A stretch of 64,000 bases of DNA from Flavobacteriaceae bacterium (GCA_002728855.1 PBWA01000038.1:2838-66837); one strand, 5' to 3'. Shown: positions 35,350 to 47,257, counted from the first letter of the stretch. Notes: generated by a model from the sequence alone, not told the origin. Translations and numbers: made by a program.

Positions 35350-37374
35350 ATGAAAAGCTTTTTCAGTTTCATTTTTATTTTCTGCTTATCTCAATTATTC
35401 GCACAGGACCCAGCTAATTGGACCACACCACTTCAGAATTTTTCTGAAATACAGAATGATTCTGCATCAAGTTTTCAAGAACCAGTTAAATGGACTACTT
35501 CGTTTGCGAAAACATCTGATTTAGAATACCAATTAAGTTTTAAAGCAAATATTATTCCAGGATGGTACCTATATTCTCAAAATTTACCTGATGGAGATGC
35601 ATTACCAACTGAATTCAATTATGATGATGTTGATTCTAAAATTGAATTAATTGATGTAACTATCGAAGAAGATCCAATTGTTGAATATGATCCTTTTTTT
35701 AAAATGGACCTTTCTTTTTTTAAGACAGAGACTGTATTTAAACAAAAACTAAGACTTCTAGACGATGAAACAGGCATCGTGACTGGGAAAATACTTTATC
35801 AATCATGTAACGAATCATTATGTGTTTTTAGAAAAGAAAATTTTGAATTTATATTAAAAGATGGTTTTGAGAGTAAGGTAAAACTAGTTATCGATGATGT
35901 AAGTGAAGCAAAATCAAACGAGTTGATATTGGACCTTAAGGAGGAATATCGTTTAAATCAAAATTCAATTAGAAAAGATTACGGAAGTTTTATCAATCTA
36001 TTTCTTCTTGGTTTTTTAGCTGGGATTATTGCTCTGCTAACTCCATGTATTTTCCCGATGATACCGATTACAGTTTCATATTTTATGAATCAGAGCAGCT
36101 CAAAAAGGCAGGGTGCTTTCAGATCATTTATGTATGGATTTTTTATTGTATTGATTTATTTGTTATTATCACTACCGTTTCATTTTTTTGAATTCATTGA
36201 CCCACAAATTTTAAATACGATTTCAACAAATGTAATAGTCAACATAATATTTTTTGGAATATTTATATTTTTTGCATTTTCATTTTTTGGTTTTTATGAA
36301 ATTACTCTTCCTGTAAGTTGGCTAAATAATTCTGATTCTTCATCACAAATCTCCAATTTGACAGGTATTTTTTTCATGGCATTGACTTTAGCAATAGTTT
36401 CTTTTTCATGTACTGGTCCAATTCTTGGCTCTTTGCTTGTCGGTTCATTAACTGTTGATTCAGGGGCTACTGACTTAACGGTAGCGATTTTTGGATTTGG
36501 TCTGGCACTAGCTCTTCCATTTTCATTTTTATCATTTTTCCCAAGCGCTTTAAAAAATATACCAAAATCGGGTGGCTGGATGAATAAGTTTAAAATTATA
36601 CTAGGATTTCTTGAACTAGCCTTGGCCTTAAAATTTTTATCAAATGCAGATTTAGTTTCAAATTGGGGTATTTTGAAAAGAGAAATTTTTGTAGGTATAT
36701 GGGTTTTAATTTCATTATTTCTTGCTGCTAATTTATTTGGAATGTATAGATTTCCCTATGAAAATAAAGATTCTAAAAATCATTATTCATATAAAGCACT
36801 TGGTATTTTATTTTTTCTTTTTACAATTTATCTTTCTCAAGGATTATTTAAATCATCTAATAAATTATCATTACTAAGCGGATTTACTCCACCAACCTTT
36901 TATAGTGTTTATGAAACAGAAGGAGAATGTCCATTAGGACTAGATTGTTACAAAGATTTTTATTCTGGTCTGAGAAAAGCTCAGAAAACAAACAAACCTA
37001 TACTAATTGATTTTACTGGCTGGGCCTGTGTTAATTGCAGAAGGATGGAAGAGAATGTTTGGTCAAAACCAAGAGTTTTTAAGATTCTCAATGAAGAATA
37101 TGTGCTAATTTCATTGTATGTCGATGATAGAGAAAAGCTTATGGATGATCAAATATTTGATTTTAAATATTTCAATGGCAAGATTTTTTCCGTAGAAACA
37201 ATAGGAGACAAGTGGTCTGCCTTTCAAATTTTAAATTTCAAAACGGCATCCCAACCATTTTATGTAGCCATAAGCCCAGATCTGGCTTTATTGAACTCTC
37301 CAATACAATATTCAAATGCTAGTGAATTTGAATTATGGTTAAAACAGGGACTAACCAATTATTCTTCATTATAA
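35350..37374 (+). CDS. dsbD: Thiol:disulfide interchange protein DsbD
   Basis: N-domain 'YQSCNESLC', TM Cys motifs 'LTPCIFPMIP' and 'SFSCTGPILG', and a C-terminal thioredoxin 'GWACVNCR'. Confidence 0.9.
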   Translation: MKSFFSFIFIFCLSQLFAQDPANWTTPLQNFSEIQNDSASSFQEPVKWTTSFAKTSDLEYQLSFKANIIPGWYLYSQNLPDGDALPTEFNYDDVDSKIELIDVTIEEDPIVEYDPFFKMDLSFFKTETVFKQKLRLLDDETGIVTGKILYQSCNESLCVFRKENFEFILKDGFESKVKLVIDDVSEAKSNELILDLKEEYRLNQNSIRKDYGSFINLFLLGFLAGIIALLTPCIFPMIPITVSYFMNQSSSKRQGAFRSFMYGFFIVLIYLLLSLPFHFFEFIDPQILNTISTNVIVNIIFFGIFIFFAFSFFGFYEITLPVSWLNNSDSSSQISNLTGIFFMALTLAIVSFSCTGPILGSLLVGSLTVDSGATDLTVAIFGFGLALALPFSFLSFFPSALKNIPKSGGWMNKFKIILGFLELALALKFLSNADLVSNWGILKREIFVGIWVLISLFLAANLFGMYRFPYENKDSKNHYSYKALGILFFLFTIYLSQGLFKSSNKLSLLSGFTPPTFYSVYETEGECPLGLDCYKDFYSGLRKAQKTNKPILIDFTGWACVNCRRMEENVWSKPRVFKILNEEYVLISLYVDDREKLMDDQIFDFKYFNGKIFSVETIGDKWSAFQILNFKTASQPFYVAISPDLALLNSPIQYSNASEFELWLKQGLTNYSSL

Positions 37375-37406
37375 TTAGTTAATTTTCAATAACATTTCAA
37401 ACCTGA

Positions 37407-38606
37407 ATGAAAAAAAAATTTTTTCGTCTTGGCCCTGGAATATTGATAACCGCAGCTTTTATAGGCCCTGGCACATTAACAGTTTGCACAATAGTTGGAG
37501 TAAATTCTGGCACATCACTTCTTTGGGCGATATTATTTTCAGTAATCATTACAATAATTACTCAAAATATCGCTGCCAAAATTAGTTTGAAGACCAAAAA
37601 AGGACTTGCTCAAGTTCTAATAAACTACTCTAATACACCATTAAAAAAATGGTTTATGCTTATATTACTAATTTCTGCTATTTTTCTGGGAAACTCAGCA
37701 TATGAGGCAGGCAATATTACAGGTGCTAAAATTGGGCTTGAACAAATCATAGGATCTAAAGTTATTTACTTTTCAGGCGTTGACTTTTTACCAATTATCA
37801 TTTGCCTATTAATATCTATAATTTATTTAATGGGCAGTTCGGAATTGATAAAAAAACTTTTATTGTTTATTGTCGTTTTGATAAGTTTTTCTTTTGTTTT
37901 TGCGGCAATTATAACAAAACCTGATGTCTTAAGTGTTTTAAATGGCCTTTTAATACCTAGATTCGATCTAAGTGAATTAGCTTTAGTAATCTCTTTGATT
38001 GGTACTACAATTGTACCTTATAATCTTTTCTTGCACTCTGCCCTTATAAAAAATATATCTCATAAAATTGACTATAAACAAATTAAAAATGATACAATAA
38101 TTTCTGTTTCCATAGGAGGTCTAATTTCTTTCTGTATAGTTTTAGCAGCTGCAAATTCAGGTTTGAAATCAGTTGAATCAGTTTCCGATTTAGGCATTGC
38201 TTTATCACCGATTTATGGCGAATTTTCAAAATATTTGATTTCTATTGGACTTTTTGGTGCGGGAATAAGTTCAGCAATAACTGCTCCATTAGCTGCTTCC
38301 TATGTGGTTTCTGAATGTTTTGGTTGGAAAATCAAAGAAAACAAGGCAAAATTTATTTTTTTATTTGTATTAGTTTCAGGCACAATTTTTTCGTCTTTGG
38401 ATATAAATCCAATAGTTATAATTCAATTAGCTCAACTCTTCAATGGATTATTACTTCCGATCATAGGTGTTTTTTTGCTTTTATTGGTAACTAGCAATAA
38501 ACTGAAAAATTATTTTAATAATCAATATTTAATCAAGATTATCCTTACTATTATTTTGGTATCTTATATGTTTTTAGGACTTAAAAATTTAGGTTTATTT
38601 TTTTAA
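37407..38606 (+). CDS. NRAMP-fold transporter, divergent clade lacking the canonical metal-binding residues (YcsG-like, pxp-associated)
   Basis: NRAMP-like TM1 'GPGILITAAFIGPGTLTV' and TM6 'GTTIVPYNLFLHS', but DPGN is replaced by GPGT and MPH by VPY. Confidence 0.8.
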   Translation: MKKKFFRLGPGILITAAFIGPGTLTVCTIVGVNSGTSLLWAILFSVIITIITQNIAAKISLKTKKGLAQVLINYSNTPLKKWFMLILLISAIFLGNSAYEAGNITGAKIGLEQIIGSKVIYFSGVDFLPIIICLLISIIYLMGSSELIKKLLLFIVVLISFSFVFAAIITKPDVLSVLNGLLIPRFDLSELALVISLIGTTIVPYNLFLHSALIKNISHKIDYKQIKNDTIISVSIGGLISFCIVLAAANSGLKSVESVSDLGIALSPIYGEFSKYLISIGLFGAGISSAITAPLAASYVVSECFGWKIKENKAKFIFLFVLVSGTIFSSLDINPIVIIQLAQLFNGLLLPIIGVFLLLLVTSNKLKNYFNNQYLIKIILTIILVSYMFLGLKNLGLFF

Positions 38607-38618
38607 CTTTTTATATTA

Positions 38619-39338
38619 ATGTTTGATTTTAATTGTGACTTAGGCGAGGGGATTGGAAGTGATGTTAAAATAATGCCTTGGATTACTTCCTGTAATATTG
38701 CTTGTGGTGGTCATTATGGGGACAGAAATACTATAAGCCAAACTATTTCATTGGCAAAAAAGCATAATGTTAGAGTAGGGGCACATCCGTCTTTTAATGA
38801 TCCTAAAAATTTTGGCAGAATTTCTGCATATAACAATAAGAAGGACTTTCAAAATTCAATTAAAACACAATTAGATTTATTTCAAGAAGTGGTTAATGAG
38901 CAGAATGCAGAATGGAGTCACATTAAAGCTCATGGAGCTCTTTATAATGATATGGCTAAAAATATAAATCTTGCGATTGAATTTTTGGAAGTAATTAAAG
39001 AATATCCAAAAGTTTCTTTAATCTATTTGCCATCAGGTTTTAATAAAATCATAGATCTTTTTAAATTAAATAATTACAAAGTTTGGAGGGAAGGATTTGC
39101 AGACAGAAGATATAAAAATGATTGTGCTCTTTTAGATAGATCATCAAAAGGTTCTGTTTTATCAAATATTTCAGAGATTAAAAATCAAATTTTAGAATTT
39201 TTTGACGGTGAAGTCACTACAATAACTGGAGACACAATTTCATTAAAAATTGATACTATTTGCCTTCATAGTGACACGCCAAATGCTAGTCTTTATGTAA
39301 AAGAACTCCACTCTATGATTACTAAAAAAGAGTACTAA
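38619..39338 (+). CDS. pxpA: 5-oxoprolinase subunit A (LamB/YcsF family)
   Basis: 'FDFNCDLGEG','CGGHYGD' and 'AHPSF'. Confidence 0.9.
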   Translation: MFDFNCDLGEGIGSDVKIMPWITSCNIACGGHYGDRNTISQTISLAKKHNVRVGAHPSFNDPKNFGRISAYNNKKDFQNSIKTQLDLFQEVVNEQNAEWSHIKAHGALYNDMAKNINLAIEFLEVIKEYPKVSLIYLPSGFNKIIDLFKLNNYKVWREGFADRRYKNDCALLDRSSKGSVLSNISEIKNQILEFFDGEVTTITGDTISLKIDTICLHSDTPNASLYVKELHSMITKKEY

Positions 39339-40075
39339 TGAGCAGTAAACTCTCATTTATTCCATATGGATCAAAAGGGCTGATTGTAAAATTTGATAAA
39401 CCATCTGTTTCTCAAATTGAGATTCTTTCTCGTTCAATTTTTAGAGATCAAATAGCAATCAAATTAAAAAAAAATGTTCAAGATTTATTACTAACTAGTG
39501 ATTCTCTGACAATTTTTTTTAATGAGCCTCCCAGCTTAGATTCAATTAAGGAAAAACTTTTAAAAACCTATGATATGTCTGTATCTAAAAGAATTGATCT
39601 CCAATATAAACATTGGGAAATACCTATCTGCTTTGAGAATGACTTCTCATTAGATTTATTTAAGCATTTTAATAATGATGATTTAAAAACTCAAGACTAC
39701 ATAAGAAAAATCTGTGAGCTAGAGATGATAGTTCAGTTCTATGGATTTTTACCTGGATTTTGTTACTTAGTAGGCCTTCCAAAATCCATGCAGCTTGAGA
39801 GAAAGTCTGAACCTAATCTAAAAGTCCCTAAAGGATCTTTAGCAATAGGGGGTAGTTATGCTGGTATATATCCTCAAAACAGTCCTGGGGGATGGCATTT
39901 AATTGGAAGGACGCCAACTATTTTCTTTGATCCTAAGAGAAATCCCAATTGTTTCGCATCTGTAGGGGATAAATTATCCTTCAAGAAAATTTCTATCGAT
40001 GAGTATAACGAGAAATTAATGCATAATTCAAAAACTAATTTACCAAAGTTTACTATTTATAATGTCAAAGATTAA
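39338..40075 (+). CDS. pxpB: 5-oxoprolinase subunit B (KipI / allophanate hydrolase subunit 1 family)
   Basis: 'GFLPGFCYLVGLP' and 'SPGGWHLIGRTP'. Confidence 0.85.
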   Translation: MSSKLSFIPYGSKGLIVKFDKPSVSQIEILSRSIFRDQIAIKLKKNVQDLLLTSDSLTIFFNEPPSLDSIKEKLLKTYDMSVSKRIDLQYKHWEIPICFENDFSLDLFKHFNNDDLKTQDYIRKICELEMIVQFYGFLPGFCYLVGLPKSMQLERKSEPNLKVPKGSLAIGGSYAGIYPQNSPGGWHLIGRTPTIFFDPKRNPNCFASVGDKLSFKKISIDEYNEKLMHNSKTNLPKFTIYNVKD

Positions 40076-40907
40076 AATTATAGAACCAGGATTTTTTTCA
40101 ACTATTCAAGATCAGGGAAGAATAGGTCATAGGCATAAAGGAATACCTCTGTCTGGTCCAATGGATACTTTCGGTTTTAAATTTGCTCATCAGCTAGTGA
40201 ATAATGATTACAGCATGAGTTTGATTGAATCAACACTGCAAGGACCTAAACTCCTTGTTGAAGGAAAAATAAAATTAGTTTATAGCGGTGCTCTAATGGA
40301 TGTTTATCTAAACAAAAAAAAGATGATGATTAACAAGCCCTTTGAATGTAATTCAGGCGACATAGTTAGTTTTGGTCACTGTCTTTCAGGTGTTCGAACA
40401 TATATTTCTTTTAGTGGGGGGTTAAAAACTTCATCAGTTTTGGGAAGTAGTTCATATTGCTATCCTATTACTAAAAAAAAGGTTTTAGAGAAGGGCGATG
40501 AGTTTTTTCTAGCTAGAAAGTCCTTAACGGTAAAATATGATTTAAATAAAATAAATGATGGATACTACTTGAAAAATAATTTAAATGTGTCAAAAGGTCC
40601 AGATTGGAATATTATTTCATCAGATATTAAAGAAAGCTTATTCAAAAATTCGTTTTCTGTGGGTATTAATGATCGAATGGGATATCATTTAGAAGGAAAT
40701 GATAATTTAAAAAACAGAATACATCTTGAAAGTTCTGCAATATTTCCAGGCACCATTCAACTTACACCAAAGGGAGTTTTATTGGTTTCAATGGCAGATG
40801 GTCAAGTTACAGGAGGGTATCCAAGAGTACTAATTTTAGACGAACTTTCTATGTCAATTTTAGCGCAAAAAAGAAGAGGAGAATTAATTTATTTTAAAAT
40901 GAATTAG
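40062..40907 (+). CDS. pxpC: 5-oxoprolinase subunit C (KipA / allophanate hydrolase subunit 2 family)
   Basis: 'QDQGRIGHRHKGIPLSGPMD' and 'GQVTGGYPRV'. Overlaps pxpB by 14 nt. Confidence 0.85.
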   Translation: MSKIKIIEPGFFSTIQDQGRIGHRHKGIPLSGPMDTFGFKFAHQLVNNDYSMSLIESTLQGPKLLVEGKIKLVYSGALMDVYLNKKKMMINKPFECNSGDIVSFGHCLSGVRTYISFSGGLKTSSVLGSSSYCYPITKKKVLEKGDEFFLARKSLTVKYDLNKINDGYYLKNNLNVSKGPDWNIISSDIKESLFKNSFSVGINDRMGYHLEGNDNLKNRIHLESSAIFPGTIQLTPKGVLLVSMADGQVTGGYPRVLILDELSMSILAQKRRGELIYFKMN

Positions 40908-40908
40908 A

Positions 40909-41640
40909 TTATTTCCTAAAATATATCTGATCAAACGGAACTCTAAATCTAGGCCCATAGATTCCTTTTTCAGATCTTTTACCACAACTTATGATCATGT
41001 TTATTTCTGAGCTATTTGGGAGCCCTAAAATCCTTTTAGCTCTTAGAGAATCAAATCCTTCCATTGGACAAGTGTCATATCCGTATGCAGCCATACTAAT
41101 CATAAAGTTTTCTGCAGCTAAAGCACAACTCTTATGAGCCACAACTCTCAAATCAGAAGTGAGAACTTGTCTATATATTGGACGAAAAATTCCAGTGAAA
41201 AAGGCAAATACATATCTCACAAATCCGAGGATTCCTATAAAATCAGAATATATAGCTGGTATTAGTTTTTTATAATAATTGATCGCCATTTTATTTCGTC
41301 TATTAGAATTGTCGTTATTACTATGAAATGTTTTTTTAATAAAATCTGCATTTGCATTTGCTCTTTTCTTCCAAAGATCTTTTCTTACTACAAATACTAC
41401 AAGCTGTTTACAAGTCCTTGCTGCTGGTTGATTGAAACAAGATCTTGATAGTTTGCCAATAATATTCTTATCAATTATATGATAAAATTGCCAAAGTTGA
41501 AGATTACTACTATTTGGAGCTAAGGCAGCTTGCTTGAGAGATTTTTTAACAATTTCTTCATCAATTTCAAAATTAGGATCGTAATGTCTAATAGACCTTC
41601 TAAATTCTATGGCTTTACTTACTATTTTCTCAGACTTCAT
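40909..41640 (-). CDS. Nitroreductase family protein
   Basis: 'RRSIRHYDP...APNSSNLQLWQF'. 4-nt overlap with the upstream ALDH gene. Confidence 0.75.
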   Translation of the reverse strand: MKSEKIVSKAIEFRRSIRHYDPNFEIDEEIVKKSLKQAALAPNSSNLQLWQFYHIIDKNIIGKLSRSCFNQPAARTCKQLVVFVVRKDLWKKRANANADFIKKTFHSNNDNSNRRNKMAINYYKKLIPAIYSDFIGILGFVRYVFAFFTGIFRPIYRQVLTSDLRVVAHKSCALAAENFMISMAAYGYDTCPMEGFDSLRAKRILGLPNSSEINMIISCGKRSEKGIYGPRFRVPFDQIYFRK

Positions 41641-43031
41641 AGTCGATTAATTAAAAATTTCAAGAATGAAAGTGATTTTGGATATGGAGCATATCTTTGA
41701 GGTAGGTCAAATAAAAATGAACGTTTTACAATTGGTTTATAATGAGAAAAAATTTTAAAACTATATTTCCCATGATATTCTCCCATTCCACTATTTCCAA
41801 CTCCTCCAAAAGGAAGATTGTCATTTGCGAAGTGAACTATTGCATCGTTTGCTACTCCTCCTCCAAATGAATATTTTGAAAAAATATTATTTACAAATCT
41901 TTTTTTATTTGAAAAAATATAAAAAGCTAATGGCTTTTCTTTTCCCTTAAGAATTTGATGCATCTCATCTTCAGATCCAAATGAAACAATTGGAAGTATA
42001 GGTCCAAAAATTTCTTGTTGCATCAGATCACTTTCATTTGTTGGTTCATCGACAATGGTAGGACTAAAATATAGTTGTTTTACATCTGTGACTCCTCCAT
42101 AAAGAATTTTTTGACCATTTAGCGACGAACTTAATTTATCAAAATGTTTTTTATGAATAATTCTTCCATAATCTGATGAATTGATTGGATTATCTCCAAA
42201 GGCAGATTTTATCTCATTAATCAAATTGTTAACTAAGATAGATTTAATACTTTTTTGGACAACTAGATAATCAGGAGCAATACAAGTTTGACCACAGTTT
42301 ATGTATTTACTCCAAATAATTCTTTTAGCAGTTTTTTTAATTGGTACACTTTCGTCAATAATGCATGGGCTTTTTCCTCCTAATTCTAATGTGGTAGGGG
42401 TTAAGTTTTCTGCAGCTGCTTTGGCAACAATTTTCCCAACTTGAGTACTTCCAGTGTAAAAGATATAGTCCCATCTTTTTTTTAAGAGTATTGAGGCAAC
42501 GGATGCATCCCCTTGAATAACACTAACATGTGATGACTCAAAAACAGAATTAATAATTTCAGACACAATTAAACTTGTTTTTATTGAAGATTCAGAAGGT
42601 TTTAATACAACTGTATTCCCTGCTGCAACAGCCCCAACTAATGGAGTCATTGCTAATTGAAAAGGATAATTCCATGGGGTTATTATTAACACATTGCCAT
42701 ATGGCTCTGGAACAATAAAATCACGAGAGGGAAAATTTAAAAGACTACTTCTAACTCTTTTTGCTCTACTCCAGGTTGGGAGCATTTTGATCATTTTTTT
42801 TATTTCTTTTTCAACCAAGATAGTTTCAGTTGTTAACGACTCAAATCCTGATTTACGAAGATCTTTGAATAAAGCATCATGAATTTTGCTTTCATTTTCT
42901 CTTATAGCAAACAAAAGTTGTTTTAATTTTTTTACTCTATAATCAATCGAAAGTGTTTTTTGCTCAGAAAAAAATTTTTTCTGATTATTATATATATTTT
43001 CTATGTCCGTACTTAAAGCGTTCTTTATCAT
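41637..43031 (-). CDS. Aldehyde dehydrogenase, class 3-like
   Basis: 'ELGGKSP','GQTCIAPDY' and 'EIFGPILP'. ATG at 43031 preferred over the track's TTG at 43043. Confidence 0.9.
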   Translation of the reverse strand: MIKNALSTDIENIYNNQKKFFSEQKTLSIDYRVKKLKQLLFAIRENESKIHDALFKDLRKSGFESLTTETILVEKEIKKMIKMLPTWSRAKRVRSSLLNFPSRDFIVPEPYGNVLIITPWNYPFQLAMTPLVGAVAAGNTVVLKPSESSIKTSLIVSEIINSVFESSHVSVIQGDASVASILLKKRWDYIFYTGSTQVGKIVAKAAAENLTPTTLELGGKSPCIIDESVPIKKTAKRIIWSKYINCGQTCIAPDYLVVQKSIKSILVNNLINEIKSAFGDNPINSSDYGRIIHKKHFDKLSSSLNGQKILYGGVTDVKQLYFSPTIVDEPTNESDLMQQEIFGPILPIVSFGSEDEMHQILKGKEKPLAFYIFSNKKRFVNNIFSKYSFGGGVANDAIVHFANDNLPFGGVGNSGMGEYHGKYSFKIFSHYKPIVKRSFLFDLPQRYAPYPKSLSFLKFLINRL

Positions 43032-43224
43032 CTGGTTCAACAAAATTTAAATGATCTTTCAAAAATAATCTACATTTACAATATTAGTGGAAGTATTTAA
43101 TAAAATAAAATTATAATCATTTTTATCAATTAATTTTTCTTATTGAATGTCTTTTCCGTAAAAGTTTAATCAATTAATAACCAGCATTTTATGTACTTTA
43201 ATTTTAATTTGAATATAATACTTC

Positions 43225-43232
43225 TATTTTTG
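43225..43232 (+). promoter_or_regulatory. Candidate -7 box TATTTTTG for the ilv operon
   Basis: Fits TAnnTTTG, 54 nt upstream of the ilvD ATG. No leader peptide seen. Confidence 0.4.
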
Positions 43233-43285
43233 TAAAAACAAATTATTTGATTCTACCTTTTTAATTTCATCTCAATTTAATTTTA

Positions 43286-44971
43286 ATGTCTTATAACAAA
43301 TACAGTAGAGCTGTAACTCAAGACCCAACTCAACCTGCTGCTCAGGCAATGCTTCATGCAATAGGTTTAAATGAAGAGGATTTCAAAAAACCATTTATAG
43401 GTATAGCAAGCACAGGTTATGAAGGTAATCCATGTAACATGCATTTAAATCAACTTTCATTAAAGATTAAGAAATCAATCAATGGTAAAGGTTTAGTTGG
43501 CTTAATTTTTAATACAATAGGAATAAGTGATGGGATTTCAATGGGAACACCAGGAATGAGATTTTCATTACCCTCACGAGATATTATTGCAGATTCTATT
43601 GAATCGGTAGTACAGGGAATGTCATATGATGGTATTGTAACAGTTGTCGGATGTGACAAAAACTTACCTGGAGCATTAATGGCAATGCTCCGATTAAATA
43701 GACCTGGTGTACTAGTTTATGGTGGAACTATTGATTCAGGAAATCATAATGGAAAAGAATTAGATGTAGTTTCTGCTTTTGAAGCATGGGGAGAAAAGGT
43801 TTCTGGGAAAATTGATGAAAATGAATATAAATGCGTTATAAAAAAAGCATGCCCAGGGGCTGGTGCTTGTGGAGGAATGTATACTGCTAATACAATGGCC
43901 TCAGCAATTGAGGCTCTTGGAATGTCAGTTCCTTTTAGTTCATCCAATCCAGCAAAAAGTATAGATAAGATTAATGAGTGTGATTTAATTGGAGAAACTC
44001 TAGAAACTCTTATTAGAAAAAATATTTTACCCTCTCAAATTGTAACAAAAAAATCGTTAGAAAACGCTCTGCGTTTAATATCTGTTCTTGGCGGATCAAC
44101 CAATGCAGTTTTACATTTTTTAGCAATAGCAAAAGCAGCAAAAATTGATTTAGAATTAAATGATTTTCAATCTATAAGCGATAAAACTCCATTTTTAGCT
44201 GACCTGAAACCAAGTGGTAGATACTTGATGAAAGATTTACATAAAATAGGAGGAATTCCAGCTGTACTTAAGTTTATGCTTGAAAATGATATGCTGCATG
44301 GAGAGTGTTTAACTGTTACAGGAAAAACATTAGCTGAAAATTTGTCTGAAACTCAATCATTATCTAAAGGCCAAAATTTGATAAGACCACTAGACCATCC
44401 AATTAAGTCATCTGGACATATCAGAATTCTCTATGGAAATTTAGCCCCAAAAGGGGCAGTTGCAAAAATAACAGGTAAAGAAGGTCTTTATTTCAAAGGG
44501 CCTGCAAAAGTTTTTGATGGAGAATATGAGGCTAATGATGGAATAAAAAATGGAAACGTAAAAAAGGGAGATGTTGTTGTAATAAGATATGAGGGACCAA
44601 AAGGAGGCCCGGGAATGCCTGAGATGTTAAAACCTACTTCTGCTTTAATGGGAGCTGGACTTGGAAAAGATGTCGCTTTAATTACCGACGGTCGATTTTC
44701 TGGAGGTACTCATGGTTTTGTTGTTGGGCACGTTGTTCCTGAGGCTCAAGAGGGTGGTCCATTAGCTTTAGTAAAGGATGGAGATATTATATCTATTGAC
44801 GCAGATAAGAATTTAATTAATGTTGATATATCAACTGATGAGTTTAAATCCAGAAGAAAAAAATGGGTAAAACCACCACATAAATTTTCAATGGGAATAA
44901 TGGCCAAGTATGTGAATAATGTTTCTAATGCTTCTGAAGGCTGTATCACTGATAAAATTGATGATGAATAA
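43286..44971 (+). CDS. ilvD: Dihydroxy-acid dehydratase
   Basis: '[11 protein letters not shown]','[15 protein letters not shown]' and '[11 protein letters not shown]'. Confidence 0.95.
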   Translation: MSYNKYSRAVTQDPTQPAAQAMLHAIGLNEEDFKKPFIGIASTGYEGNPCNMHLNQLSLKIKKSINGKGLVGLIFNTIGISDGISMGTPGMRFSLPSRDIIADSIESVVQGMSYDGIVTVVGCDKNLPGALMAMLRLNRPGVLVYGGTIDSGNHNGKELDVVSAFEAWGEKVSGKIDENEYKCVIKKACPGAGACGGMYTANTMASAIEALGMSVPFSSSNPAKSIDKINECDLIGETLETLIRKNILPSQIVTKKSLENALRLISVLGGSTNAVLHFLAIAKAAKIDLELNDFQSISDKTPFLADLKPSGRYLMKDLHKIGGIPAVLKFMLENDMLHGECLTVTGKTLAENLSETQSLSKGQNLIRPLDHPIKSSGHIRILYGNLAPKGAVAKITGKEGLYFKGPAKVFDGEYEANDGIKNGNVKKGDVVVIRYEGPKGGPGMPEMLKPTSALMGAGLGKDVALITDGRFSGGTHGFVVGHVVPEAQEGGPLALVKDGDIISIDADKNLINVDISTDEFKSRRKKWVKPPHKFSMGIMAKYVNNVSNASEGCITDKIDDE

Positions 44972-46697
44972 ATTGAAAAATAATAATAGAAAATTATCGA
45001 AATCAAAAGAAACTTTGATCTCAGGAGCAGAGGCAGTTATTCTTTCTTTGTTATCAGAGGATGTTGACTTATTATATGGTTATCCTGGAGGAGCAATTAT
45101 GCCAGTATATGATGAGTTATTTAAGTACAGGGAAAAACTTAATCATATTTTAGTTCGACATGAACAAGGAGCAACCCATGCTGCACAGGGATATGCTCGT
45201 TCATCAGGAAGAGTAGGAGTAGTGATTGCCACCTCAGGCCCTGGAGCTACTAATTTAGTTACTGGCATTACTGATGCCCAGATTGATTCTACTCCCTTAG
45301 TTTGCATTACTGGTCAAGTAGCCTCTCATCTACTTGGATCTGATGCATTTCAAGAAACTGACATTATAGGTATTTCTACTCCAGTAACTAAATGGAACTA
45401 TCAGATCACCAAAGCATCTGAAATACCATCGATTATAGCAAAAGCTTTTTATATAGCAAAATCTGGTCGTCCTGGACCTGTATTAATTGATATTACTAAG
45501 GATGCTCAATTTGAAAAGTTTAAATTTTCATATAAAAAATGTGATGGAATAAGAAGCTATGAGCCAAGACCTAAAGTTAATGATGAAATCATAAAAAAGG
45601 CCTCTGAAATTATAGATAAAGCAAAAAAGCCACTCATAGTTTTTGGACAAGGAGTCATTCTTGGAAAAGCAGAAAAAGAGTTCAAAAATTTTGTTGAAAA
45701 GTCTGGTATCCCTGCTGTATGGACAATTTTAGGACTGTCAGCCCTTCCAACATCTCATCCCTTAAATTTAGGAATGGTTGGAATGCACGGAAATTATGCT
45801 CCTAATGTATTGACTAACCAATGTGATGTTTTATTAGCTATTGGAATGCGTTTTGATGATCGAGTGACTGGAGATTTGAAAACCTATGCAAAACAAGCTA
45901 AAATATTACATTTTGAAATTGACCCATCAGAAATTAATAAAAATGTTAAGGTTGACATTGGAATTTTAGGAGATTGTAAAGAAAGTTTGTCCAAATTGAC
46001 ATCACTTATCAATAAAAAAGAGTATTCTAAATGGATTAAAGAGTTTAAAAGACTTGATAATATTGAGTTTGATAAAGTTATTAAACAAGATTTAAATCCA
46101 ACTAAAAAAGGATTGACTATGGGCGAGACTATTTCCAATGTTAACAAATATACCAAGGGCGATGCAATTATTGTTACTGATGTTGGACAACACCAAATGG
46201 CTGCGTGTAGGTATTCTCAATTTATAAAATCAAAAAGTAACATTACTTCAGGAGGTCTGGGAACTATGGGATTCGCATTGCCAGCAGCTATTGGAGCAAA
46301 AATGGGCGCTCCCAAAAGAGAAGTGATTGCAATTATAGGAGATGGAGGATATCAAATGACTATACAGGAATTGGGAACTATTTTTCAAAATAAATTACCT
46401 GTGAAGATATTAGTTCTTAACAATGATTTTTTAGGAATGGTAAGACAATGGCAACAATTGTTTTTTAACAAAAGATATGCAGAAACTGAGATGGTAAATC
46501 CTGACTTTGTAACTATCGCAAGAGGTTATCATATTAAAGCAAATAGGGTAGAAGAAAGAAAGGATTTAGATGGAGCTATTAAAGAGATGGTTTTATCAAA
46601 AGAGCCATATTTTTTAGAAGTATGTGTTGAAAAAGAAGATAATGTTTTCCCAATGATTCCTTCAGGGGAATCTGTATCCAATATTAGACTTGAATAA
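44961..46697 (+). CDS. ilvB: Acetolactate synthase large subunit
   Basis: ThDP motif '[14 protein letters not shown]...NN' and '[11 protein letters not shown]'. Start trimmed to the ATGATG at 44961, an 11-nt overlap with ilvD. Confidence 0.9.
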   Translation: MMNKLKNNNRKLSKSKETLISGAEAVILSLLSEDVDLLYGYPGGAIMPVYDELFKYREKLNHILVRHEQGATHAAQGYARSSGRVGVVIATSGPGATNLVTGITDAQIDSTPLVCITGQVASHLLGSDAFQETDIIGISTPVTKWNYQITKASEIPSIIAKAFYIAKSGRPGPVLIDITKDAQFEKFKFSYKKCDGIRSYEPRPKVNDEIIKKASEIIDKAKKPLIVFGQGVILGKAEKEFKNFVEKSGIPAVWTILGLSALPTSHPLNLGMVGMHGNYAPNVLTNQCDVLLAIGMRFDDRVTGDLKTYAKQAKILHFEIDPSEINKNVKVDIGILGDCKESLSKLTSLINKKEYSKWIKEFKRLDNIEFDKVIKQDLNPTKKGLTMGETISNVNKYTKGDAIIVTDVGQHQMAACRYSQFIKSKSNITSGGLGTMGFALPAAIGAKMGAPKREVIAIIGDGGYQMTIQELGTIFQNKLPVKILVLNNDFLGMVRQWQQLFFNKRYAETEMVNPDFVTIARGYHIKANRVEERKDLDGAIKEMVLSKEPYFLEVCVEKEDNVFPMIPSGESVSNIRLE

Positions 46698-46702
46698 TTC
46701 AC

Positions 46703-47257
46703 ATGAAAGACGGAATTCTATATACAATATCAATATACAGTGAAAATAATGTTGGATTGCTTAACCGTATTTCTGCAATTTTTTTAAAGAGGCATATAAA
46801 TATAGAAAGTTTTTCTACTTCATTATCAGAGATTAAAAATGTGTTTAGATATGTAATTGTTGTAAACACTACAGAAGAAAAAGTAAAAAAGATTGTTTCT
46901 CAAATTGAAAAGCAAGTTGATGTGATAAAGGCTTTTTATCATACTGATAAAGAAACTATTTTTCAAGAATCAGCACTTTATAAAGTTAAATCTAGTTCTT
47001 TGTTTGAGCAAAGACACATCCAAAATGTAATTAAAAATAGTAATGCTAATATAGTAACAGTATCACCAGAATATTTTGTTATTGAAAAAACAGGATTTCG
47101 TCACGAAACAGAGCAACTCTATAAAGACCTTGAACCCTATGGTTTATTACAGTTTGTTCGATCAGGAAGAATATCAGTGACAAAATCTAAAATGGGTATT
47201 TCTGATATTTTAAATACCTTTAAAGGCAACAATTATAAAAAGAAAAAAAATGAGTAA
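46703..47257 (+). CDS. ilvN: Acetolactate synthase small (regulatory) subunit
   Basis: N-terminal ACT domain '[29 protein letters not shown]', plus position in the operon. Confidence 0.85.
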   Translation: MKDGILYTISIYSENNVGLLNRISAIFLKRHINIESFSTSLSEIKNVFRYVIVVNTTEEKVKKIVSQIEKQVDVIKAFYHTDKETIFQESALYKVKSSSLFEQRHIQNVIKNSNANIVTVSPEYFVIEKTGFRHETEQLYKDLEPYGLLQFVRSGRISVTKSKMGISDILNTFKGNNYKKKKNE

